A stretch of 64,000 bases of DNA, from contig CATMOE010000005.1 in assembly GCA_950072105.1 (NCBI GenBank), forward strand, positions 41,879-105,878, given 5' to 3'. Positions 10,241 through 18,729 of the stretch are shown piece after piece (position 1 is the first letter of the stretch; each line of letters opens with the position of its first letter). Below the pieces are notes generated by a model, which ran no database searches, was not told the origin of the DNA, and worked only from the letters and a program-made list of their open reading frames with translations. Origin of the DNA: an uncultured Dehalococcoidia bacterium (GTDB lineage Bacteria; Chloroflexota; Dehalococcoidia; Lucifugimonadales; UBA3495). The position numbers and the translations under genes are program-made.

Positions 10241-10443
10241 ATGGCAAACAAACCCAGAACCTTTACTAGGTATGAAGTCAGAGTAGGAAGAAAAAAGTAC
10301 ATGGCGGCATCACCGAGCGGCCATTGGATCAGCGGGCAGCCGAGCATAAAAGAAAATATCCAGGAGCTAAAGTAACCAAAGTCGGCCCAAAGGTGACGGA
10401 AAAGAGCGCTCGCCAATGGGAGAAGGACAAAGGCTATAGCTAG
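10241..10443 (+). pseudogene. Small basic minimal GIY-YIG-like gene split by a -1 frameshift (pseudogene, recoding or sequencing error)
   Basis: GGAGG RBS and MANKPRTFTRYEVRVGRKK; the -1 frame continues VHGGITERPLDQRAAEHKRKYPGAKVTKVGPKVTEKSARQWEKDKGYS*. The junction is A_AAA_AAG (10291-10297). Confidence 0.7.
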
Positions 10444-10665
10444 GCATCTGGCCCTCCCATTTGGCATGAGGTGCCATCAAACCGGCCTGTTTTCGTGACA
10501 AAGTAATATACCCTGCCTTCTATGTGAATCGTTGAGAAGTAGGGAGAAACCTCTACTGCCTCCTCTGCCCATTTGCCCAGTCTCGTAGACGAACGACTTT
10601 AACTTCGCCACAGCCACGCCACTCCTCGTTGTTTCTTCTGCTCTTATCATCAATTTATGCTCCCA

Positions 10666-10692
10666 ATTTAAATATCCAACACGCTCAACTTG
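10666..10692 (+). repeat. 27-bp direct repeat, copy 2 (right border of islet)
   Basis: ATTTAAATATCCAACACGCTCAACTTG. Confidence 0.9.
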
Positions 10693-10718
10693 TATCCCCC
10701 CAGGGGCGCTTGTATACT
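10690..10718 (+). promoter_or_regulatory. Putative promoter of lpdA
   Basis: TTGTAT-N17-TATACT; the -35 overlaps the end of the direct repeat. Confidence 0.55.
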
Positions 10719-10799
10719 ACACAGCCGTAAGCTGGCCGGATTCTTTGCCTGTAGGGGCAGGGGTGGTCCACGGTCGTCCGAGGATAGAGAACTTAGTTA

Positions 10800-12191
10800 A
10801 TGAGCACGGATTCGAATTACGACTTGGTGGTGATTGGGGCGGGGCCGGGCGGGTATGTCGCGGCCATCCGCGCCGGACAACTGGGGCTCAAGACCGCGAT
10901 CATAGAGAAGGAAAGCCTGGGCGGGGTTTGCCTGAACTGGGGCTGCATTCCCAGTAAAGCTCTCCTGAAAAACGCGGAGGTACTTTCCTACATCAACCGG
11001 GCTGATGAATTTGGCCTAAGCTTCGATAATTTCCACGCCGACTACTCCGTGGCTTACACGCGAAGCCGGAGAGTGGTCAACCGCAACACCAGAGGCGTTG
11101 CCTTTCTGTTGCGGAAGAATAACGTGGAGCACATCCAGGGCGCCGGACGGTTGGCGGGCGAAGGAGTGGTTGAGGTTGCCCCCGATGGGCAGAGGCTCAT
11201 CGCCAAGAACGTCATCCTCGCCACCGGCGCCCGCCCCCGCACCATCCCGCCCCTCCCCGTGGACGGCGACAAGATCATCACCAGCCGCGAGGCGATCGTT
11301 CTCGACCAACTCCCGTCCAGCGTCGTCATCGTTGGCGGGGGCGCAATCGGCGTTGAGTTCGCCTATATCTACCGCATGTACGGCGTGGAAGTAACAATCG
11401 TCGAGTTGCTGCCTAGGTTGGTGCCCAACGAGGACGAAGACATAAGCCCCATACTGGAGCGCAGCTTCGAGCGCCACGGTATAAATATCATGACCGGCGC
11501 CGGGGTGACCGCGGCACGATCGGGGCCCGATGGTGTAGCGGTTACCGTGGCCAAGGACGGGGCCGAAGAAACCCTGAACTGTGAAAAGGTCTTGGTGGCG
11601 ATCGGGGTCCAGCCGAACATTGAGGACCTGGGTCTGGAGTCGATGGGCATCACCATTCAGGATGGGAGCATCCAAGTAGACGACGTGATGCTCACCAACG
11701 TGGCTAACGTTTACGCCATCGGCGATGTTACCGGGAAGCTGGCCTTGGCCCACGTGGCCTCGGCCCAGGCGGCCATTGCGGTGGAGCATATGGCGGGTTT
11801 GGAGACTCAGCCGTTGGACTACGGCTCGATACCCAGGGCTACTTACTGCAACCCGCAGATCGCCAGCTTCGGTCTGACGGAAGCCCAGGCCCAGGACCAA
11901 GGACACGACGTACAGATCGGGACCTTCAACGTCCAGGCCAACGGCAAAGCGCTGGCCATGGGCGAATCCGAGGGGATAGTCAAGCTCGTTGTGGACGGCA
12001 AGTACGGGGAGTTGTTGGGCGCGCACATGATAGGCCCGGAGGTCACCGAATTGCTGGGCGAGCTGTCTCTTGCCAAGGTATTGGAAGGCACTACTCTGGA
12101 ACTGGGATGGGCGATTCATCCCCATCCTTCTATCTCGGAGATGCTGAAAGAGGCTGCGCTCAGCGCCCAGGGCCGGGCCATCCATATGTAG
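10800..12191 (+). CDS. lpdA: Dihydrolipoyl dehydrogenase (E3)
   Basis: GAGPGGYVAA, redox disulfide GGVCLNWGCIPSK, GGGAIG and HPHPSISE. Confidence 0.97.
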   Translation: MSTDSNYDLVVIGAGPGGYVAAIRAGQLGLKTAIIEKESLGGVCLNWGCIPSKALLKNAEVLSYINRADEFGLSFDNFHADYSVAYTRSRRVVNRNTRGVAFLLRKNNVEHIQGAGRLAGEGVVEVAPDGQRLIAKNVILATGARPRTIPPLPVDGDKIITSREAIVLDQLPSSVVIVGGGAIGVEFAYIYRMYGVEVTIVELLPRLVPNEDEDISPILERSFERHGINIMTGAGVTAARSGPDGVAVTVAKDGAEETLNCEKVLVAIGVQPNIEDLGLESMGITIQDGSIQVDDVMLTNVANVYAIGDVTGKLALAHVASAQAAIAVEHMAGLETQPLDYGSIPRATYCNPQIASFGLTEAQAQDQGHDVQIGTFNVQANGKALAMGESEGIVKLVVDGKYGELLGAHMIGPEVTELLGELSLAKVLEGTTLELGWAIHPHPSISEMLKEAALSAQGRAIHM

Positions 12192-12276
12192 CCATCCAGT
12201 CCGGGATACGATCCCATCTCCGGTGATTTTCGAAGTAATCTGATAGATAGGGATGTCAGGTCAGAAAGTCGTCAAC

Positions 12277-12305
12277 TTGCGACTAACGGAAGGCAAAGGT
12301 ATACT
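12277..12305 (+). promoter_or_regulatory. Putative promoter of the OFOR operon
   Basis: TTGCGA-N17-TATACT. Confidence 0.55.
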
Positions 12306-12579
12306 GGGGGCAATAGTCCAAAGGGCTAATTTTTGATATATTGCCGATCTTTGCTAAGGCGGCTACGATTTCAATGATTCGACCGGGAAACACAATAATT
12401 GACCCAGTCCAATCAGCGGATTCAATGTGAGAGGGTGGTCAGACGGGCCTTTTCTAGCGATTCCTACAGAATTAGCCAACCAGTATTTTAATCTGAGTGA
12501 TGTGATAGGCCGAGCGCCGTAAGTCCCAATCCAGGCGGTTTTGAGTAAGTCTCGCCTAGCAATGGTAAGGAGCGGATCG

Positions 12580-14358
12580 ATGACCGTGGGAAGTTTTGAT
12601 CTTACGATCGCTATAGGTGGTGAAGCCGGACAGGGCATCGCCACCCCAGGCGATATTCTTGCTCGTATCTTCGTTCGGCGCGGCCTCCACCTGAACACCT
12701 ATAACGCTTACCAGTCGATCATCCGTGGCGGACATATCTTCCTGTACCTTCGTGTCTGTGACCAGGAAATATTCACCCACGGCGATAAAATCGACATACT
12801 CATGTGCCTGAATCAGGATACGATGGACCGGCACTTGCAACTTATGAGGCCGGGGTCGTGGGTACTGTACAACGAAGACAACATCAAGCCCGGCGAAGCG
12901 GGCGATGGGATACAACTCTGTCCACTGCCGGTGACGAAACTGAGCGTCAGCCGAAACCGGTTGTCGCAAAACACCATGGCCGTAGGCGCGGCCTCGCATC
13001 TGCTGGGGCTGGACTTCCAGGTACTTGAAGAAAGTTTGACGTTGCGGTTCCAGCGGCAGGGTCAGGCGGTTATCGATGAAAACGTGAGCGTTGCCCGGGC
13101 CGGGTACGACCACTCGGTGGCCAACTTTGAAGCTTTCGATCAAACCGTCCCCACCGGGCCTACGCCGCTGGCTGTTTGGTCAGGCAACGAAGCGCTGGCC
13201 ATGGGAGGCGCGGCGGCCGGGGTAAAGTTCTACGCGGCCTACCCGATGAGTCCGGCTACCGGAGTGCTGCATTGGATGGCTCAGAATGCCCGAAACCTGG
13301 GCATCATGGTGCGCCAGGTTGAAGACGAGATCGGTGTAGCCAACATGGTCATTGGCGCCGCCCATACCGGTTGCCGGGCCATGTGCGCCACTTCAGGCGG
13401 CGGGTTCGCACTGATGACCGAGGCCGTGGGCAGCGCCGCAATGATGGAGATACCTGCTGTTTTCATCGACGTTATGCGGGCCGGACCCTCGACCGGGGTG
13501 CCCACCAAGACGGAGCAGGGCGACCTGTGGCAGGTCCTAGGGGCGAGCCAAGGTGACTTCGAGCGGTTTATCGTTGCGCCTACGACTCCCGCTGACTGCT
13601 TCAACACCATGCCCGAGTTGTTTAACCTGACGGACAAATATCAATGCCCGGGCATCGTGGTTACAGACCTATTGCTGTCTGAAGGCCGGTTCAGCATAGC
13701 CCCGGACCTCATAGATATGCACCCGCACATCGACCGGGGGGAGTTGATCACCAAGGGGTCCTCCACCGATGGCTACATGCGCTACAAGGACACCGAAACC
13801 GGGATCTCGCCCCGAGCCGTGCCCGGTCTGGAAGGCTATGTCCACGTGGTGGCCACCGATGAGCACGATGAGAACTCTCAGCTGCTCAGCGACGAGTTCA
13901 CCAACCCCCACAAGCGCCGCAAGATGGTGGAAAAGCGGGCCCGCAAGTTCAAGGTGGCGATCAACGACATAAAACCACCCGAGTTGGAAGGATCGGCCGA
14001 CGCAGAGATTACTCTGATCGGTTGGGGCTCTACCTATGGAGTGATCAGAGAGGCAGTTGAAATTCTTGCCCAGGAAGGGGTTGCCGTTAATCACCTCCCC
14101 ATTAAGTGGATCGTTCCTTTCCATGGCGAGGTCATTACCGACATTCTGTCCAAGTCCAAGCGGGTAGTCGTGGTGGAAAACAGCTTTTCCGGTCAGTTCT
14201 ATCGTTACATGCGAAGCGAAACTGGTCTCAGCGTCGATGGGCATATCCGTAAATACGATGGCGAGCCGTTCATCCCCCATCACATCGTCGATGGTGTGAA
14301 AGCGCACCTGGCGGAAAAGATCGAGTGCTTCGTGCCCTATCAAGAGGCAATCACGTAA
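12580..14358 (+). CDS. 2-oxoacid:ferredoxin oxidoreductase alpha subunit (fused gamma-alpha)
   Basis: GGEAGQG, SIIRGGH, YPMSP, EDEI, ATSGGG and RAGPSTGVPTKTEQGDL. Start at ATG 12580 after AAGGAG. Confidence 0.95.
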   Translation: MTVGSFDLTIAIGGEAGQGIATPGDILARIFVRRGLHLNTYNAYQSIIRGGHIFLYLRVCDQEIFTHGDKIDILMCLNQDTMDRHLQLMRPGSWVLYNEDNIKPGEAGDGIQLCPLPVTKLSVSRNRLSQNTMAVGAASHLLGLDFQVLEESLTLRFQRQGQAVIDENVSVARAGYDHSVANFEAFDQTVPTGPTPLAVWSGNEALAMGGAAAGVKFYAAYPMSPATGVLHWMAQNARNLGIMVRQVEDEIGVANMVIGAAHTGCRAMCATSGGGFALMTEAVGSAAMMEIPAVFIDVMRAGPSTGVPTKTEQGDLWQVLGASQGDFERFIVAPTTPADCFNTMPELFNLTDKYQCPGIVVTDLLLSEGRFSIAPDLIDMHPHIDRGELITKGSSTDGYMRYKDTETGISPRAVPGLEGYVHVVATDEHDENSQLLSDEFTNPHKRRKMVEKRARKFKVAINDIKPPELEGSADAEITLIGWGSTYGVIREAVEILAQEGVAVNHLPIKWIVPFHGEVITDILSKSKRVVVVENSFSGQFYRYMRSETGLSVDGHIRKYDGEPFIPHHIVDGVKAHLAEKIECFVPYQEAIT

Positions 14359-14370
14359 AGAGGTGAACAC

Positions 14371-15279
14371 ATGGCGACCACCATGCCGGCAACCGACGAT
14401 AAGCCGGTCATACCGCTAACGGCAAGGGATTTCAAAGGACAGGTTGACCCTGACTGGTGCCCCGGCTGCGGCGACTTCGGCGTTCTCAACGCCCTGCAGC
14501 GGTCCTGCGCGGAACTGGGTCTCAGGCCCCATGAAATTCTGACGGTTAGTGGAATCGGATGTTCCTCCAACCTGCCGGGCTACTTTAATTCATATGGCAT
14601 GCACACCCTGCACGGCCGGTCTCTGGCCGTGGCCACCGGCGCCAAGCTGGGAAACCACCGGCTGCACGTGATCGTTACCGGGGGGGATGGCGACGGCTAT
14701 GGCATAGGCGGGAATCACTTCACCCATACCGCCCGGCGAAACGTGGACCTCACCTACGTGGTGATGAACAACCAGATCTACGGGCTGACAACCGGCCAAG
14801 TTTCCCCCACCAGCACCATGGGGATGAAGACCAAAAGCACTCCCTTCGGTAGCGTTGAGGCGCCGCTCAACCCCATCACGTCGGCTATTATGAACGGAGC
14901 GACCTTTGTGGCCCGCGGCTTCAGCGGCGACGTCAGGCACCTGACCGAACTCATGAAACAGGCGATACAGCATTCCGGGTTTTCGCTTATAGACATCTTC
15001 AGCCCCTGCGTCACCTTCAACCATGACAACAGCAATGCCTTCTTCAAAGAACGGGTCAAGAAGCTGGAGGACGAGGGACACGACACCAGCGATTGGAAGA
15101 CCGCTTGCGAAAAAGCCATGCTCTTCGGCGACACCATTTACACCGGGCTGTTCTTCCAGAAGCAAGCCCCTACCCTGGGTGGCAGTGAACCGGTCCTAGA
15201 GCCCGATCAGCCTTTGGGTTTACAGACTCTGGGGTTGGACAAGGAGCAGACCAAGCGGATCATCGAGAGAATGATGTAG
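14371..15279 (+). CDS. 2-oxoacid:ferredoxin oxidoreductase beta subunit
   Basis: WCPGCGDF, SGIGCSS, TLHGR, GGDGDG, NNQIYGLTTGQ.SPT and SPCVTFN. Confidence 0.96.
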   Translation: MATTMPATDDKPVIPLTARDFKGQVDPDWCPGCGDFGVLNALQRSCAELGLRPHEILTVSGIGCSSNLPGYFNSYGMHTLHGRSLAVATGAKLGNHRLHVIVTGGDGDGYGIGGNHFTHTARRNVDLTYVVMNNQIYGLTTGQVSPTSTMGMKTKSTPFGSVEAPLNPITSAIMNGATFVARGFSGDVRHLTELMKQAIQHSGFSLIDIFSPCVTFNHDNSNAFFKERVKKLEDEGHDTSDWKTACEKAMLFGDTIYTGLFFQKQAPTLGGSEPVLEPDQPLGLQTLGLDKEQTKRIIERMM

Positions 15280-15307
15280 CCTGGTAGCGATAGCGAATAG
15301 AGCTTAG

Positions 15308-15330
15308 AAGGCGGCCGAAAGGCCGCCTTT
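15308..15330 (+). terminator. Intrinsic terminator after OFOR beta
   Basis: AAGGCGGCC-gaaa-GGCCGCCTT followed by a T-rich tail. Confidence 0.85.
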
Positions 15331-15385
15331 AATTTGGATTCATTGGACTGCTTCTTTCGGAATCGCGAATATACACTGGGCAGTC

Positions 15386-15414
15386 TTGCCGCGCCCCGTG
15401 CGGTGCATTAATAT
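15386..15414 (+). promoter_or_regulatory. Putative promoter of the E2 gene
   Basis: TTGCCG-N17-TAATAT. Confidence 0.5.
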
Positions 15415-15474
15415 CTATCCAACAAGGCCCAGTCTCCCGAGATTCAAATGCGAGGCGGGCGTTGGGAGGGTACG

Positions 15475-16866
15475 TTGGCAACTTCGATCGTCATGCCTCA
15501 AATGGGCTACGACATGCAACAGGGCACCGTAGTGCGTTGGCACAAACAGGAAGGAGACGCGGTAGCTCGGGGGGATGTTCTGGCCGACATTGAAACTGAC
15601 AAAGCCACGGTCGAGTTTGAGGCCTTCGTCAGTGGGGTCCTGCGGAAGATCGTCGCCCAGGAAGGGATCGCCATACCGGTCGGCGACCTGATCGCCGTGA
15701 TCACCGGACCCGATGAAGCGCTACCTGAAGGTCTTCTGTCCGGAAGAGGGTCAGGTAACAAGGATGACGCTCCGGTCGGGAATGGCGCCACATCGGTGGC
15801 GGCTCAACCGGTATCCACCGTGGCCTCTGCTCCTCCGGCGGCTTCTCCCGGCGGTGAGGTCCGGGCTTCCCCCATCGCGCGCCGGCTGGCTCGGGAACAG
15901 GGAATCGACCTGGCAGTGGTGACCGGCACCGGTCCCGGCGGCAGAATCGTCGAGAAGGACGTGTTGAACCACACCGATGCAGGGGCCCAGACCAGTCCTG
16001 TGGCAACTGCTGCTGCTGAGGTCCGCGCATCCCCCATCGCCCGGCGGCTGGCTCGGGAAGGTGGAATCGAGCTGGCCCTGGTCACTGGGACCGGGCCTGG
16101 CGGCAGAATCGTCGAACAGGACGTGTTGAATAACTTAGAAGCAGCGTCCCAGCCCAGTTCTGACGCCGCCAGCGCGTCCGCCCAGCCGGAGCAGGTGGAT
16201 CTGTCGCGTATGAGGCAGACCATCGCCAAGGTGACAAGCGACAGTAAGCGCGACACTCCCCACTTCTACGTGTCCTCCGAAGTCGATATGACCAAGGCCA
16301 CGGAGATGCGGGGCGACCTGAACGAGGTCCTGGCTAGCGAAAGCCGGGTCTCGGTCAATGACTTGGTGGTCAAAGCCTGCGCCATGGCGCTGCAAAAGTT
16401 CCCCAAATTCAACGCCTTCTATCAGGGCGGCCATCTCCAAATGAATCCCGATATCAATATCGGCATCGCCATTGCTTTGGAGAGCGGATTGATCGTACCC
16501 GGCATCAACGGATGCCAAGCGAAGAGCCTAGTAGAGATTGCCGCCGCGAGCAGGGACTTGATCGCCCGGGCCCACTCCGGCACACTCCGCAACGAAGAAT
16601 ACAGTGGAACCACCTTCAGTGTGAGTAACCTGGGAATGTTCGATGTCGATAGCTTCACCGCCATCATCTACCCGCCCCACGCCGCCATTCTGGCTGTGGG
16701 CCGGGTGAAGGAGCAGGCGGTAGCTAGGGATGGACAGGTAACGGTAGCCCAGATCATGACGGCAACCCTGTCCGTCGACCATCGTGTGGCCGACGGCGCG
16801 GAAGCCGCCCGATTTATCATGGAAATCAAAGGATTGCTGGAAAAACCAGCGGCGTTGATTATTTAG
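15475..16866 (+). CDS. 2-oxoacid dehydrogenase E2 (dihydrolipoamide acyltransferase) with one lipoyl domain and two subunit-binding domains
   Basis: IETDKAT lipoyl-Lys, two ASPIARRLARE..GTGPGGRI repeats, SNLGM and DHRVADG. TTG start after GGAGG. Confidence 0.95.
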   Translation: MATSIVMPQMGYDMQQGTVVRWHKQEGDAVARGDVLADIETDKATVEFEAFVSGVLRKIVAQEGIAIPVGDLIAVITGPDEALPEGLLSGRGSGNKDDAPVGNGATSVAAQPVSTVASAPPAASPGGEVRASPIARRLAREQGIDLAVVTGTGPGGRIVEKDVLNHTDAGAQTSPVATAAAEVRASPIARRLAREGGIELALVTGTGPGGRIVEQDVLNNLEAASQPSSDAASASAQPEQVDLSRMRQTIAKVTSDSKRDTPHFYVSSEVDMTKATEMRGDLNEVLASESRVSVNDLVVKACAMALQKFPKFNAFYQGGHLQMNPDINIGIAIALESGLIVPGINGCQAKSLVEIAAASRDLIARAHSGTLRNEEYSGTTFSVSNLGMFDVDSFTAIIYPPHAAILAVGRVKEQAVARDGQVTVAQIMTATLSVDHRVADGAEAARFIMEIKGLLEKPAALII

Positions 16867-16868
16867 CG

Positions 16869-16932
16869 AGCTATCAGCCGTCAGCAGTCAGGGGGCCGAA
16901 AGCTGATAGCTGACGGCTGAATGCTGATAGCT
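16869..16932. repeat. Heptamer (GCTGAnn / nnTCAGC) palindromic repeat element A
   Basis: agctatcagccgtcagcagtcag...agctgatagctgacggctgaatgctgatagct, directly before the AGGAGG RBS. Confidence 0.85.
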
Positions 16933-16951
16933 AACCTTAGGAGGATGTATT

Positions 16952-18589
16952 TTGCCCAGAATGACCGGAGGCCAGGCGATCACCGAGTCCTTGAAAGCGC
17001 ATGAAGTGGACACAATATTCGGGATTATATCTATCCACACCTTGGACCTTTTCGACTCCATATTCGACAATCAAGACAGTCTCCGGTTCATCGGAGGCCG
17101 TCAGGAACTGGGCTGCGGCTTCATGGCCGACGGTTACTCCCGGGCCACTGGCAAGCCGGGCATTCTGCTTACCAGCACCGGGCCCGGTGCGGCAGACTCG
17201 GTGGGCGCTCTGGGGGAGGCCTATTTTTCGAGCTCGTCAGTTTTGGAAATCTGCACCAACGTGGAGCAGGAATTCATCGGCTCCGGGAAGCTGTCTACCC
17301 ACGAAACTAAGAACCAGTTGGGTATGTTTGAAGCGGTGACCGACTGGAACGCCCTCATCAACCAGATCGAGTCTATTCCAGACTACTTCGTTGAAGCGTT
17401 CCAGAGGTTTCAATCGCGGCGGCCCCGGCCCATCGAACTGGAGGTTCCCACCGACCTGTTGGGACAACAGGCCGAAGTGGAGGTGTTGGGACCTAGGGAC
17501 CCTCAGATCGCCCAAGGAGACCCCGCAATGGTTGAGCGGGCCCGGAAGACTTTGATCGAGGCTAAACGACCGGTCATTTTTGTAGGTGAAGAAGTCCAAT
17601 CCCTGGGCGGCGCCGAGGAGATCATTCGACTGGCCGAGATGCTGGGCGCGCCGATAGTCACCGGAGACGGGGCCAAGGGAACTATTCCGGAGGATCACCC
17701 TCTATCTTTAGGTCCGGCTATGGGTGGGCGGATCTGGGGCGAAAACCCGTTGCATGATTGGCTGAGCACGTGCGACGTGGTTCTTGTTCTTGGGTCGATC
17801 CTTCCCCTGCGCTCCACGTCCGGTGTGGGGCTTAAATTGCCCGATACGTTGATACACGTCTTATTGGACGGCGAGGCCATCGGCAAGAACTACGCCACTG
17901 GCATCCCCATCGTCGCCGACTCCCGGGCCGTTACCCGCCAACTGCTTGAGGGTATGGCGGGCACGGACGTTTACAAAGGAGACAAGTTTAAGGAAGAGAT
18001 TGCGTCGGTCAAGGAACAGATCTACAAGACTCTTAAAGATACATGGGGCAACGAACTGCGCACTTTTGAGGCCATCCGCGCGTCCACGGCCAAACACACG
18101 ATATTCGCCCTTGACGCCACGGTGCCTACCAGCCGGGCCATCCGCTGCCTGGAGATCAACCAGCCCAGGACCTTCATGTACCCTCACGGCTGGGTAGGGT
18201 TGGGTTTTGCTTTCCCTGCCGCTTTGGGCGCCAAGATTGGCAAACCAAAAAGCCCGGTGGTTTGCGTTACCGGAGACGGTGGCTTCCAGTACAATTTCCA
18301 GGAGTTGGCCACCGCCGCCCAGTATGGAATCAACCCCATCGTTTTGATGTTTAATGACAATGCATGGGGTGTGCTCAAAGGCATGCAGCAACAGAACCAC
18401 AAGGGCCGGCTCATAGGGACCGATCTGGTCAACCCAGACTTCGTAAAGCTGTTCGAGAGCTACGGCTTTGAAGGCACAAAAGTTACCTCGGTGGATCAAC
18501 TTTCCAAGGCGCTGGAAGACGCCGTGGCATCAGACAAGATTCAGCTCATCGAAGTACAAACGCCAGACGGGTTCGGCGCATTTCGGTAA
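16952..18589 (+). CDS. Thiamine-diphosphate-dependent enzyme (acetolactate synthase/POX-like superfamily)
   Basis: RQELGCGFMADGYSRATG, TSTGPG and the ThDP motif GDGG...NDN. Confidence 0.93.
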   Translation: MPRMTGGQAITESLKAHEVDTIFGIISIHTLDLFDSIFDNQDSLRFIGGRQELGCGFMADGYSRATGKPGILLTSTGPGAADSVGALGEAYFSSSSVLEICTNVEQEFIGSGKLSTHETKNQLGMFEAVTDWNALINQIESIPDYFVEAFQRFQSRRPRPIELEVPTDLLGQQAEVEVLGPRDPQIAQGDPAMVERARKTLIEAKRPVIFVGEEVQSLGGAEEIIRLAEMLGAPIVTGDGAKGTIPEDHPLSLGPAMGGRIWGENPLHDWLSTCDVVLVLGSILPLRSTSGVGLKLPDTLIHVLLDGEAIGKNYATGIPIVADSRAVTRQLLEGMAGTDVYKGDKFKEEIASVKEQIYKTLKDTWGNELRTFEAIRASTAKHTIFALDATVPTSRAIRCLEINQPRTFMYPHGWVGLGFAFPAALGAKIGKPKSPVVCVTGDGGFQYNFQELATAAQYGINPIVLMFNDNAWGVLKGMQQQNHKGRLIGTDLVNPDFVKLFESYGFEGTKVTSVDQLSKALEDAVASDKIQLIEVQTPDGFGAFR

Positions 18590-18729
18590 GGGGCAATCCC
18601 GCCGGTCTGGATTCGGGCCGATGTTGCTTGACATAACCCGTCCGCGGACTTGATCCTTAGACCGCTTTTATGAAACGGTGTAAACCGGGTTAATACGGGG
18701 AGTTGCTGTGACTCCATGCCTAAAATGAT

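Noticed and set aside
11016..12185. Long antisense ORFs (for example 389 aa opposite lpdA, 292 aa at 32611-33489)
   Set aside because: Shadow ORFs of GC-rich genes with no recognisable motifs.
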